From the human T2T-CHM13v2.0 reference genome, Homo sapiens, in NCBI RefSeq assembly GCF_009914755.1, contig NC_060937.1: 64,000 bases of DNA; one strand, 5' to 3'. A model generated the notes under the pieces. The model was not told the origin of the DNA, made no database searches, and worked only from the letters and a program-made list of their open reading frames with translations. A program made the translations under genes and the position numbers. Below are positions 27,732 through 41,353 of this stretch, in pieces; within the stretch, counting starts at the first letter, position 1, and each line of letters starts with the position of its first letter.

Positions 27732-28244
27732 TGATTCATGAAAGGTCCATATATGCAAAATGACACCCAAACATAGAAGGAGCCAAGAAACCAAAGAACA
27801 AGGCAGACAAATCCAGTCAGTTGGCAGAAGGTTATTTACTGGGGAACTAACAAACAGGAATGTGGTCTTGGGCAGCCACAAGACAGGTAGAACTCCATGC
27901 TGCTGCTCTTCAGGCCTGGGACCTATGTACAATAGGGAAATGTTATACATGCTCCAGGCCTGGGACCTATGTACAATAGGGAAATGTTATACATGCTCCA
28001 GAGGGAATGTGCAGGACAATTAAAGTCTTCTTTCTGGGAAAAAAAATACGTGCCTTATAGCCTGTAATTTATGCTATAACATCCAGTTTGTTTTCACCTA
28101 AGGGCAAGATTTACAGAAATTATGTGTTCATGCATAAGGAACTGTAGATAAAGTAGAAATCTCAGAGGCATTCCCAAAACTACAGTTAATCAAAAGTCAA
28201 CATGGAGGACTAGCATCCAAGATGGAGCTACTTTAGCCTTCCTA
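27732..28244 (-). mobile_element. Solo LTR, LTR47-like
   Basis: Minus strand begins ...GGCTAAAGTAGCTCCATCTTGGATGCTAGTCCTCCATGTTGAC, like LTR47. TSD gtgat at 27727-27731 and 28245-28249. Confidence 0.75.
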
Positions 28245-29007
28245 GTGATTTTTTTTTCAGTTGTTTCATTTATTTCTACTCTTACTCCTATCGTTTCCTT
28301 TCTTCTGCTTCTTTTGGATTAAATATACATTTATTTTCCTAGTTTTTAAGGTGGAAGTTGAGGTGATTGATTTGAGTTCCTTATTCTCTTTTACTGACTG
28401 CTAAAAATTCCCCTGTAAGTACTGTTTTAACAGCATGCCACAAATATTGGCATGTTAGGTTTTCATTTTCATTCACGTAAAAATATTTTCTAATTTCCTT
28501 TTAATGTCTACTTTGACTAATTTATTATTGAAAAGTGCAGTATTTACTTTTTAAATCTTTGAAAACTTTCCAGATATTTTTCTGTTTTGGTGAGAGAACA
28601 TGCTTTGTATGACTTTAATTCTTATAAATGTATCGAGACTTGTTTTATATTTCAGAATTGGTTTACCATGGTCAGTGTCCCATATGGACATGAAAAAAGA
28701 AATGTAATTTCTTTTACATATTCTACTATTATATATTCTAAATAGCATATTCTACTATTATTGGGTAGAGTGTTCTATTAATGTCAATTAGGTCAAGTTG
28801 ATTGACAGTGTTGTTCAACTCTTCTACATCCTTGAAGATTTTCTGTCTCCTTTTCAAACAAATTATTTAAAGAATGGTATTAAAACCTCTAGCTGTGGAT
28901 TTGTTGATTTCTTCTTGCAGATCCTGCACCTTTTACTTTATTTTTAAAAATCTCTGTTATTCAGTGCATAAACACTTATGATTTCTTCTGTCCTCTTGAT
29001 GAATTGA

Positions 29008-29445
<438 letters not shown>

Positions 29446-30171
29446 CCATCCTATTACTTTAAATATAGCTCTGTCTTTATATTTAAAGAGTATTTTTTTG
29501 TAAGCAGTATATAGTTGGATTTTTTATCTAATCTGAAAAATCTGCATTTTAATTGGGTATTTAGACATTTACATTTAATATTATATGATTAATGATATGG
29601 TTAGACTTCAATCACCCATCTTGCTATTCATTTTCTCTTTGGCCTATTTGTTCTTTGTTTCCTTTTTCCTCTTTATTTACCTTTTTTTTTCAATTCATTT
29701 TGATCTCTTTCAGATGTGTCATGAATATAACTCTGTTTTTTTTAGCCATTGCTTTAAGGGTTTATGGCACATATTTTTAACTTATCACAATCCATGTTAA
29801 TATTATACCAATTCAGCAATAGTGTGAGAACCAGATGCCCCTCAACTTCAATGGGGTGATATCCCAAGAAACCCATCATAAGTTAAAAATATCAGAAGTC
29901 ACAAATGCATTTAATTACACCCAACCCACCAAACATTATAGCTCAGCCTGCGTTGCCTTAAACGTGCTCAGAACACTTAAACTAACTTACAGTTGGGCAA
30001 AATCATCTAACACAAAATCTGCATTATAATAAAGTGTTGAAAATCTCATTTAATTTATTGAATATTATACTGCAAGTGAAAAACAGAAGGATTGTATGGG
30101 TACTCAAGTATAGTTTTTACTTCATGTGTACCACTTTTGTACCATGATAAAATAAAAAAACTAAGTCAAAT

Positions 30172-33100
30172 TGTATTAGTCCATTCTCACACTACTATAA
30201 AGAAATACCTGAGACTGGGTAATTTATAAAGAAAAGAGGTTTAATTGTTTCATGGTTCTGCAGGCTGTACAGGAAGCATGATGCTGGCATCTGTTCAGCT
30301 TCTCAGAAGGCCTCAGGAAACTTACAATCATGGCAAAAGGTGAAAGGGAAACACACATATCATCATGGCTAGAGCAGGAGCAAGAGAGGGTAAGAGGGTA
30401 GGTGTTGCACACTTTTAAACAACCATATCTCATGGGAACTCACTATCACAAGAAGAGCAGCAAGTGGATGGTGCTAAACCATTCATGATAAATTTGTCTC
30501 CATGATTCAACCACCTCTCACCAGGCCCTACCTCCAACATTGGGGAGTATAATTCAACATGAGATTTGGTGGGAACAGATCCAAATAATACCATTCTGCC
30601 CCTGGCCCCCCAAAGCTCATGTCCTTCTCATTTTACAAAACAAAATCATCCTTCTGAACAGTCCTCCAAAGTCTTAACTCATTTCAGCATTAACTCAAAA
30701 GTCCACAGTCCAAAGTTGCATCTGAGACAAGACTACTCCCTTTTGCTTACGAGCCTGTAAAATAAAAAATAAGTTAGCTACTTCCAAGACACAATAGGGG
30801 TAAATGCATCAGGTAAATACTGCCTTTCCAAAATGGAGAACTCAGCCAAAAGAAAGGGGCTATAGAGCCCATGCAAGTCCAAAACCCAGCAGGGCCATCA
30901 TTAAATCTTAAAGCTCTAAAATAATCTCCTTTGGCTCCATGTCCTAAATCCAGGTCACAATGATACAAGGAGTGGGCTCCTTGGGAAGTTCCACCTCTGT
31001 GACTCTGCAGGGTACAGCCCCTGTAGCTGCTGTCACAGGCTGGTGTTGAGTGTCTTTGGCTTTTCCAGGCACACGGTGCAAGCTGTCAGTAAATCTACCA
31101 TTCTGGGGTCTGGGAGACAGTGGTCCTCTTCTCACAGCTTTACTAGGCAGTGCCCCAGTGGGGACTCTGTGTGGGGCTCTAGCCCCACATTTCCCCTCTG
31201 CACTGCCCTAGTAGTGGTTTTCCCTGAGGGCACCATCCCTGCAGCAGTCTTCTGCCTAAACATCCAAGCTTTTCCATACATCTTCTGAAATCTAGGTGGA
31301 GGCTCCCAAGCTTCAACTCTTGTACTCTGTGCACCTGCAGGCTTAACACCACATGGAAGCCACCATGGCTCACAGCTTGCACCCTCTGAAGCAATGTTCT
31401 GAGCTGCACCTGGGGCCCTTCTAGCTATGGCTGAAGATGGAGTGACTGGGATGTGAGGAGCAGTGTCCTGAGGCTGCATAGGGCAATGGGGTCCTGTGTC
31501 TGGCCCACAAAACATTCTGTCCTCCTAGGTCTCAGGGCCTGTGATAGGAGAGGCTGCCACAAAGATCTCTAAAACATCTTTGAGGCCTTCTCCCCATTGT
31601 CTTGGCTATTAGTATTTGGCTCCTTTTCACTTATGCAAATTTCTGCAGTACTGGGGGAACCCACCCCCAATGTTTCAACGTAGGTTCTTTCTATTTTCCC
31701 TAAGTGTTGGCCTGTCTGATAAATAAAGAGAAAGAGTACAAAGAGAGGAATTTTACAGCTGGGCCGCTGGGGGTGACATCACATATCAGCAGGTCCGTGA
31801 TGCCCACCTGAGCTGCAAAACCAGCTAGTTTTTTTTAGGGATTTCAAAAGGGGAGGGAGTGTACATACAGGGAGTAGGTCACATGCTTCAAGGGGCAAAA
31901 GGCAGAGCAGAGATCACATGCTTCTGAGGAAACAGTACCAGAGCAAAATCAGAAACTCCTGATAAGGGTCTATATTCAGCAGTGCGCACATTGTCTTGAT
32001 AAACATCTTAACAGAAAACAGGGTTCGAGAGCAGAGAACGGGTTTGACCTCAAATTTACCAGGGCTGGGGTTTCCCAATTCCAGCAAGCCTGAGGGTACT
32101 GCAGGAGACCAGGGTGTATCTCAGTCCTTATCTCAACTGCATAGGACAGACACTCCCAGAGCGGCCATTTATAGACCTCCCCCAAGAAATGCAGTTCTCT
32201 TCCTAGGGTCTTAATATTATGTTCCTTACTAGGAAAAGAATTTAGCGATATCTGTCCTACTTGCATGTCCATTTATAGGCTCTCTGCAAGAAGAAAAATA
32301 TGGCTCTTTTTGCCTGACCCCGCAGGCAGTCAGACCTTATGGTTGTCTTCCCTTGTTCCCTAAAATCGTTGTTATTCTGTTCATTTTCAAGGTACACTGA
32401 TTTCATATTGTTCAAACACACATGTTTTACAATCAATTTGTACAATAGTGGTCCTGAGGTGACGTACATCCTCAGCTTATGAAGATAACAGGATTAAGAT
32501 ATTAAAGTAAGACAGGCATAAGAAATTATAAGAGTATTATTTGGGAACTGATAAGTGTCCATGAAATCTTCACAATTTATGTTCAGAGATTGAAGTAAAG
32601 ACAGGCATAAGAAATTATAAGAGTATTATTAGGGAAGTGATAAATGCCCATGAAATCTTCACAATTTATGTTCTTCTGCCGTGGCTCCAGCCAGTCCCTC
32701 TCTTCGGGGTCCCTGACTTCCCACAACACTGCAGCCTGCTTTAATTTCTCTCCTAAAGATGAACTTTTCTTCTCTACCACATAGCCAGGCTGCAAATTCT
32801 CCAAACTCTTACACTTTGCTTCCCCTTTAAGTATAAGTTCCAACTTTAGGTCATTTTTTTTTGCTCACACATATGAGCCTAGGCTGTTAGAAGCAGCCAG
32901 GCCATTTCTTGAAAATTTTACTGCTTAGAAATTTCTTCCCCCAAATACCCTAAGTCATCACTCTCAAGTTCAAAGTTCCACAGATCCCTAAGGCAGGGGC
33001 ACAATGCAGCCAAGCTCTTTGCTAAGGTGTAGCAAGAGTGACCTTTACTCCATTCCCAGTAAGTTCTTCATTTCTATCTGAGACCTTATCAGCCTGGACT

Positions 33101-33679
33101 TCACTGTCCATATCACTAATGGCATTTTGGTCATAACCATTCAATCAGTCTCTAGGAAGTTTCAAATTTTCCCTTATCTTCCTGTCTTCTTCTGAGCCCT
33201 CCACACTCTTCTGACCTCTGCTCATTACCCGGTCCCAAAGTTGCTTCCACATTTTCAGTTATCTTTACAGCAATGCCATACTCCTTGGTACCAATTTTTT
33301 GTATTAGTCCATTCCTCCACTACTGTAAAGAGATACCTGAGACTGGGTAGTTTATAAAGAAAAAGCATTATGCTGTCATCTGCTCAGCTTCTGGGAAAGT
33401 CTCAGGAAACTTACAATCATGGCAGAAGGCAAAAGGGGAACACACACATCACATAGCCAGAGCAGGAGCAAGAGTGGGGGAAGTGGGAGGTGCTGCAGAC
33501 TTTTAAACAGCCATATCTCACAAGAACTCACTATCACAAGAACAGCACCAATGGGATGGTGCTAAACCATTCATAAGAAACCCACTCCTGAGATCCAACC
33601 ACCTCCCACCAGGCCCCACCTCCAACACTGGGGACTACAGTTCAACATGAGATTTGGTACACAGAGCCAAAACATATCA
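30172..33679 (-). mobile_element. Complete MaLR provirus, MSTA type
   Basis: LTRs at 30172-30593 and 33300-33679 flank MST/THE1-like internal sequence. TTGGTACC next to the 5' LTR. TSD caaat/ccaat. Confidence 0.9.
31649..32728 (-). mobile_element. Solo MER11 LTR (HERV-K11/HML-8; MER11C-like)
   Basis: About 1080 bp. Minus strand starts TGTTGTGGGAAGTCAGGGACCCC. Internal tandem unit of about 90 bp at about 32498-32672. Perfect 6-bp TSD ctgcag at 31643-31648 and 32729-32734. Confidence 0.92.
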
Positions 33680-34430
33680 CCAATCACCATAAGTCATGGA
33701 CCATGTGTACTTCTATTTTTCCCCTCCTGGACTTTGTGCTATTTTTGTCATACATTTTACTTCTACACAGGTTAAAACCACCACACTACATTGTTAATAT
33801 TTTTATTTAAACAAGCAATTATCTTTTGAAGACATTGAAATAAGAAAATTTTCATACATTTATCCATTTAGTTATCATTTTCAGTGCTATTTATTTCTGT
33901 AGGCAGATCTAGGTTTCTGCTATTCCATCTAGTATCATTTTTATTCTGTTTGAAGAAGTTCAATTAACATTTCTCATAGTGTGGAATCTAGCTGATAAAT
34001 TATTTCAGCATAGCTGACAAACTCAGCTATACTGAGTTTTTGCTTGTCTCAAAAAGTCTTTATTTCTCCTTCATTTATGAAAAAAATCTTTACTGAGTGT
34101 AAGTTTCTAGGTTGGAAGGGTTTTTTTTTTTTTCAGTACTTTTAATGATGTTGCTCTATGATCTCTTTGTTGCTTTGTTTCCAAAGAAAATATGCTGCTA
34201 TTCTTATTTTTGTTCTTCTGTAACATAAAATGTCTTCTTTTCTCCTCTGGCTACTTCTAAGATTTTTTCTTTATCACTTGTTTCGTGCATTTTATGATGT
34301 CTTAGTATAGATTTCTTCATGTTTCTTGTACATGGGGTTTGTTGAGTATCTTGAACCTATAGATTTATAGTTTTCACCTAACTTGGACATTTTTCAGCCA
34401 TTGTTTCTCCAAATTTTTTGTGTATCCCTA

Positions 34431-34431
<1 letters not shown>

Positions 34432-34463
<32 letters not shown>
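34432..34463. repeat. (CA)16 microsatellite
   Basis: Perfect CA run read directly. Confidence 0.95.
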
Positions 34464-34464
<1 letters not shown>

Positions 34465-35609
34465 CCCTATTCTTCCTACAGGAACTCCAATTACGTGTAC
34501 ATTCATTTACCTGAAGTTACCTCACAGCTCATTGATGCCCTATTTTTTTAGGTCTTTTTTTGTCTCTACATCTTGTTTAGAATGGGTTCTATCGCTAAAT
34601 CTTCAAAATTACTACTACATATTTTGGCAATAGATTATCTGATGTTAATCCTATCTAGTGTATGTTTCATCTCAGAGACTGTAATTTTTATCTCTAGATA
34701 TTCAATTTAGGTCTTTTCATATTTTACATGTCTATTTAACATATTCAGTCTCTCCATTAGCTACTTGAACATATGGGATACAGTTAGAACTATTTTAATG
34801 TCCTTGTCTACTGAATTTAACATCTATGTCAGTTCTGGATTGGTATCAATTAATTCCTTTTTTCTCCTCATTCTGGGTCATATTTTCTTGCTTCTTTGTC
34901 TTATGAATTTATAATTTTATCACATCTTTATCAAAAGATATTTGCTATATCATTATTTTTAATAGAAAAATAGAAATGACATATCAATAATGAATTCAAT
35001 AAGTTAGAAATATAAAATACAAATATATTTTGATATATATCATATGAATATGATATATATGAAATACTAGGCAGATGATAAGAATGAGGTTGCTCCATGT
35101 TTGCAAATATGCAGATGTCTTCTAAATATACATTACAAAAAGGCAAGGTTTATGGCAGTGTGAAATAAAAATTTAAAAGGTTCTAATGTGTATAATACAT
35201 ATTGTATTGTGTATGCATTTTTTTCTGTTTGAATGCAAACAAATTAACAGTTACTTTTAAGGATAGGACCTTCAGGGACTCCGAGTGGGCTTAGAAATTT
35301 TTACTCTTCATTTTCATTGAATGTTGCATTGTCTTAGTGGGTGCATGTATTAATTTAATTTTTACTTCTGTTTGTTGTGTTTTATAACGTTAATGGTGTA
35401 TTTCTGGTGAAAATGGAGTTGTCAGCCACTTCTGTTTTCTTCCTTTTCTAAATTTAAATACATAGTATTAAAATAATTACCTAACGATAGGGATAGATCC
35501 CGATTCTGTGGGGTCTGATGTTTAAAGAGAACCCTCTTTAAGAAAAATAAAAATAAAAAAATCTTACTTTCGCAAATTTCCTGCTATATCACAAAATTTA
35601 GTTGTGCAT

Positions 35610-35742
35610 GTGCTCATTGGTCTCCTCTCTACTAGAATGTAAGATCCACACGGGCTGGGTTTTTTTATCTGGTTTATTCACTACATTACTCCCAGTACTA
35701 ACACATTGTAGACACTCAATATTTGTCGAACAAATGAATTAA
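35610..35742 (+). mobile_element. L2 3' end
   Basis: 'actagaatgtaagatccac...tagacactcaatatttgtcgaacaaatgaat'. Confidence 0.75.
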
Positions 35743-37164
35743 TCGGGTGGGAGGTTGAACTCTGTGACCTCTAAGTTCCATGACAATGCTAAGATTAGTG
35801 AGTCTATATCTGGGGACTTCCTATTCCTCTTACCTTTCCCTACCCCTACCTAAGAAAATCACTTACCCAATTTCCACTTCCCATAATTCTTAGAAGGAAA
35901 AGGATGTCCTTTATCACACATCTGAGGTAACGAATAATACCAATCGGTAACGTTGTTTAGGCAAGTGCTGTACATCCAGCACTAACTTTGACCTGCCCAG
36001 CATCTGCTGGCAAGAAGTTCTGTAGCCATGATTGGTTATTAACTCTTAATCATAGCCTTCTTCTGCAATCAAGAGCTTTGATTAACTCCATTTACAGTCC
36101 TGAAAGGGCAGAAGTGAGGGGGCGGAAGGAGTTGTGAAATTAGACGGTAATGATCATTCTGGGCTCCACAGCTAGTCCAGGGTGACTATTTCATTTCTTG
36201 TTAGTCCCTAAGTGATAAAACGCCAGGATTCTCACCCTCCTGTCATGTGTTTCCCTCTCCAAGACGTTTCTGCTGTGAGCCTGACTGCCAACCTCTGTTC
36301 CCAGGGGTGAGGCTATTGCCAAGAGAGGATCCAATACAAAAAGCAAGTCAAGCCAAGAGTGTACCTGGTCAGACAGGGAGGATTGTCAGAGGGGGAGACC
36401 AGCAGTGTTAAAGCCCACCACCAAAGGCCTGACATTCCATTAGCAGAGTGCACACTTCCCCTAAACACTCAAAGTATTGGGCTGTTCTTGAAAGCAGCTG
36501 TCTTCTTGGATCATGATGATGAGGCCAAGGCTGAAGCTCCCTATTCCCTCTTTTGCCTATTTTATGAGCCCAGCACCATCTGGGATGATATTTGGCTTTT
36601 GAACCTCACTAAGAAAACAAAATTAGCCCTGGATGAAGTTATTACATTGCAAATATCTGATTGTCATTCAGAGTTTTCTGTGATCTAATCAGTTCTCATC
36701 AAGTTCATATCATCCAAAAAGCACTCTGAGGATAGTGTGTCTTGTAAGAAATAGCTCACCTTCAAGGGTCATGACATGTAAACTGGTAATTACAACACAA
36801 AAGAAAGCAATGACTCAAGTCCCAGAGTGGCTGAAACCCTATCTGGTGGGAATCAGAAAGGCATCAGGGAAAAGCAGCTTTGGAGATAAGTCTAAACAAG
36901 GAGAAATATTTCAACAGGTAGAGATGAGGTGTGAATCTACAATGTTCCTCTAAACTTCTGAAACATTCACACCTTTAAATTTTTCACTGAACTGTGTTGG
37001 GCTTAATTCATTCAGTTTCAACCCCTCATTTGCCTATTTTTCTCCACCGAAGTTGCAGCGTGATGGGAACAACGCGTTCTGCCTCCGCCCACTGGCTGGC
37101 AGAAGCGTAATGCCTGCGAGCAGAAGGGGTAATACTGGAGGCTGAGTCACAAGCTCCATTCTTC

Positions 37165-37270
37165 TTTTTTAACTGCTCTATTGAGGTATCATTGACAAAT
37201 AAAAATTGTATTTATTTAAGGTTTACTGTTTGATGTTTTGATATATATGCATTGTGAAATGATAACCATG
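37165..37270 (-). mobile_element. Short L1MA 3'-end fragment
   Basis: 'tattgaggtatcattgacaaataaaaattgtat...gcattgtgaaatgataacca'. Confidence 0.7.
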
Positions 37271-38694
37271 GGTCAAAGGGAACATAGCTTCAATTATGCA
37301 GACTCCACTCTGACTTGTAGCCCTACTGATGAAATGCTGCTCTGTAGCTCTGGTGGTCTGATGTTTTTACACCAAAAACAGGCCAAGCCAAATAAGTTTC
37401 GGGAGACTGTCCTGGCAGGAAGCCTTTATATTTAGATTAATCCAAAAGGCGTCATTTGTTAACTGCGGCACACTGTGCCTGAAGCGCAGGTCACGCAGAA
37501 CATCTGGTTTTGGTCAAGTCTTAGTTTGTATTCAGTTTTCCAACTGGGCTGAGTCAACACAAGTTCAAAGTATGTGCCCTGTAACAGACAATACAGCCTG
37601 CTATTGAGCTGTCCGGGACACCCAGCCTTCTGCCCTAACTCTGTCACCTTCGACAGGGTATACCTTTAATCTCGGTGACTCGAGGAAAAGCAAAGGGACG
37701 CCTGTGTTTTCTGTGCATTCATTCATTAGCTCTTCATTAAGACATTGTCATTGACAATCAAACAAATGTTAATGGCATTTCTTTTTTTTCCTTTGAAATC
37801 AAGATAACTCTTGTTCAGACAACATACAACATCATGTCTAGAACATACTATCAGGACTAAAGCCAAATGCATTATGCAGTGTCCCCTCTAATGGCAGTGT
37901 GTGGATGCTGAAGGGTTTGTGAACATTCTGGGTGAAGCTGCAAGCTCTTTTATTTTATTTATTTTTTTTTTTTGGAGTGTGTTTTCATTTCGACGCTTGT
38001 ATTAATGTAAATAGCTCCTCTGGGTAATCACCTTATAACCAATTACATTTCCAGATTTCATGGCTCATGTTTGCATTTCTGTTTGTAGTTATGTTGGAGA
38101 ACCATCCAGATAATGGGAAAAGAAGTGAGATTAATCGATAAATGAAGCATTCTCACTTAATGAAAACAAAATGATGCTAAAATGACTCACTATACAGATG
38201 AAGGTTTGTCATGGCATAAGTAAAATAATGTAATAGGAAAATTGATTAACCACATAGCACATGGGAGTATAGGCACAGCAAACTCATGCCAAATTCAGTG
38301 GTGAATAGCCATGTAGTTTCAGCAAAATAACACCATCCTCTACATCCCATTAATGTTGTCAATTTGTCACCTTTTAAATTTTTATTTGTATTAACTTTAT
38401 AAATTTTATTTTAATAAATCATTTTATAAAAGCTGTAAACATAGCATGTTCTCTCTAGTTTTATGTTTTTATGCATTAGGTAAAATAATAAAAATGTAAA
38501 AACAATTTAAGTCAAAAATTAAAATATCAAAAGTGTTATTACCCTTTTGCTCAAATTTGAGAAATAGTGAAGTAAGCCTAATCCTCCCTATGTGTCTAAA
38601 ATGTGATGGGCTAGGTCAACAAGGCAAGAGCCCTGACTGATTTTCAAGCCAGTTGAATTAGACGAGAAGAGTTTTAGAATAATAAAAGCAAAAA

Positions 38695-38865
38695 CGGTCA
38701 AGGAGCTAAGAGTTCAAATCTCAACTATGCCATTTGCAGAGTGTCAGAACTTAGATAAGCTACTTCCACTTCTCTGGGCTTCAGTTTAATCATCTGTGAA
38801 ATAAGGAGGTCTTAGTATAGAACTATTTCAGGTCCCTTTCAACTCTGAAATTTTATGGTTCTATT
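38695..38865 (+). mobile_element. MIR
   Basis: MIR core 'ctctgggcttcagtttaatcatctgtgaaat' and tail 'ggtccctttcaactctgaaatt'. Confidence 0.75.
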
Positions 38866-39030
38866 TCTCCTTTATTCTAAAGAAGTTAAAAGACAGTCTC
38901 TGGGTCGTAGAAGCCTGCCCTCTGCTGGCCGAAGCCCATTCTTCAATCCTGACGTCTGCCAAGTGTGGAGATGAAGAGACCTAGACCGGCCTCAGCCCTA
39001 GAAAAAGGTCTAGGCCCTAGAAAAAGTTAG

Positions 39031-39332
39031 GGCCAGACGCGGTGGCTCATGCCTGTAATCCCAGCACTTGAGGCAAAGATGGTCCGGTCCCCTGAGGTCA
39101 GGAGTTCGAGACCAGCCTGACCAACATGGGGAAGCCCCATCTCTACTAAAAATACAAAAAATTAGTCGGGTGTGGCAGCGCATGCCTGTAATCCCAGCTA
39201 GTCAGGAGCCCGAGGCAGGAGAATCGCTTGAACCCGGGAGGCAGAGGTTGCAGTGAGCCAAGATGGTGCCATTGCACTCCAGCCTGAGCAACAGAGCGAA
39301 ACTCCGTCTCAGAAAAGAAAAAAAAAAAAAAA
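39031..39332 (+). mobile_element. AluS (Sq/Sp-like)
   Basis: Dimeric Alu with A tail. Confidence 0.93.
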
Positions 39333-39681
39333 GTAAACAAAAAGGCAGCCTACTTTGCTTTTTTTTTTTTTTTCTTTTTTTCATCTTCTTTCTGTTATTT
39401 TCTTTTCTTGGATTCTGCTCTTGGAGTAAGGGAATGCTGAAATGTCCTTCACAGTCATCCTCATCTCTAATCTGTTCTTAGGCAACAGCCCTGTCTATAC
39501 GCAGTCACCCTACAGCGACTGGGTTTATACCATGACATCCCAGTCTCGCCTCACCACAGCTAACTGGCAAGTCAAGAGCAGCTAATCCAACTATTCGGTA
39601 TCCTATGGCATGACCTGGAGGAAAAACAGGAGCTGCATGGTGTAGTCTTGCATATGAATTGATGAAATCTTAAGCTAAAGA

Positions 39682-40200
39682 GGTGTCAGAGTCCACCCCC
39701 AAGATGTCCCTGGAGATCTCCACCTCCTAGCCTTTATGTCTTGTGTCGTCCCCTCCCACAGTGAATGGGACTGACCTGTGGCACCAATAGCATATTGTAG
39801 AAATGGCAACATGTGACTTCCGAGGCTGGGTTATAAAAGCGAGCTGCCTCCGCCTTGCTTGCTCTTGGATCACTCCCTCTGGGGGAAGGAAACCAGCTGC
39901 CATATTGTTAGGACACTTGGCAGCCTATGGAGAGCCCACATGGTGGCAAACTGAGACTCCTGCCAACAGCCAGATGAGTGAGCCATCTTGGAAAAAGATC
40001 CTCTATCCCCAGTTATGCCCTGCAATGACTACAACTCTGGTTGTTGTCTTGACTACACCCTCATCACAGACTCTGAGCCAGAAACACCCAGCTAAACTGC
40101 TCTGAATTCCTGATCACCAGCAACTGTGTGAGATAATGTTTATTGTTTGGTGCCACTAAGTTATGGGGTAATTAGTTACAAAGAAATATATATCAAATAT
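39682..40200 (+). mobile_element. Solo MaLR LTR (MLT1E/F-like)
   Basis: 'atgtgacttccgaggctgggttataaaag...gccaacagccagatgagtgagccatcttggaa...ccactaagttatggggtaattagtta'. Confidence 0.8.
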
Positions 40201-41353
40201 AAGAGATGGCACCCTGAAGGCATCTTTTGGGAAATTCAGGGAAGATCTGGGGCTATCAAGGACCCCTGGTATTTATACCCCTCATGATGTAAGTCCCATC
40301 TGTATGCACTAAGAAAGGAGGTCTAGGGGTTCTCATGGGTAGTTACCAGGATTGCTATGTCTGGAGGCAAATATGACTAGGAAGTATATTTTGGTAATGC
40401 TCTGGCCTATTGGGTAGAGAAACATAATGTAGAATCATGACATAAGAAATTAGTCAAGGAAAAGACAAAATTTCAACCCATATGTAAAATAAGTTGGCAG
40501 GCCCTGCCATAAGGCACAAGAGGGTAAAAGTAACACAGCTTTGAACAACAACAACAACAGAGTAACAGCTAGAATCAATGTGTTTGTGGGTGCATTCAGA
40601 AAGTAAAGGAGTACACATGTATGTTGGGAGACAAAGGAAGGATGAATACAAAAATCAAGACTGAGAAAGGTGGGGTTGAGGAAGTTGCAAAAACTGTAGG
40701 CTTAGTGCCTACATAGGGTATCCAAAAAGTCCAATGTGCTGTCTTCAAATGGGCATGGTAAACCCTGCTTGCTTGGGACAGATATCAATATCCAGTTGAG
40801 TTTTATCTGAATGGTGAGACATCGCACAGCTGGTCAGGCGATAAGCACAATCTTAGGCAATCAGTCCATCAGCAGACCATGTGGTTAGTGCTTGGATCGA
40901 CAGAGAGCAGAACACAGCCTGGGAACATGTTTCTCCAATAGAAACATGCTTTAGATCAAAACTCCTGGCTCAGGAGAGAAATTGAAGCAGTATATGGACT
41001 GGATTGTCTCAAAGGGACTAAAAAGGCTGGGACTCAGTAGATAGATGCATGCATGTGGCTTGGCTAAACACACTGGGTACCAAGACACATTTAATTCCTG
41101 ATCCCTGGAAGTTCAGGACTGATTTCAGAACTGGTTGAAGCTGGGAAGGCATGAGCTGGCAGACAGCTTGAATGTTGTCAATGACAATTGTTCCACCAGC
41201 ATTGTAAATAAACTGATCTACCAAATATTTTTGAGCAATTATAAGGTGTAAACAACAGGGAAGGAATTTCGCCTTGAAATTTCTAGAAAGCTATTCTTAT
41301 TGTTGCCACTCTATAGAGACAAGAGAACCCCACTCAAAATTCAGTTTGGATGT

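Larger units (their letters stand above)
29832..33707 (+). mobile_element. MER47A (TcMar-Tigger MITE) split by the MST provirus (29832-30171 and 33680-33707)
   Basis: Starts cagatgcccctcaactt and contains 'ccttaaacgtgctcagaacact...cagttgggcaaaatcatctaacacaaa'. The terminal remnant 'cataagtcatggaccatgtg' lies after the provirus. Confidence 0.85.

Noticed and set aside
32498-32672. About 90-bp tandem repeat
   Set aside because: As I recall it, a normal internal feature of MER11 LTRs rather than a locus-specific array.
35030-35062. AT-rich palindrome (atatatcata-tgaa-tatgatatat)
   Set aside because: Low-complexity TA sequence in a decayed L1; too short to suggest function.
36359-36688. 109-aa ORF in unique sequence
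   Set aside because: GTG start, no recognisable domain and no supportable splice structure; the length is within chance expectation.
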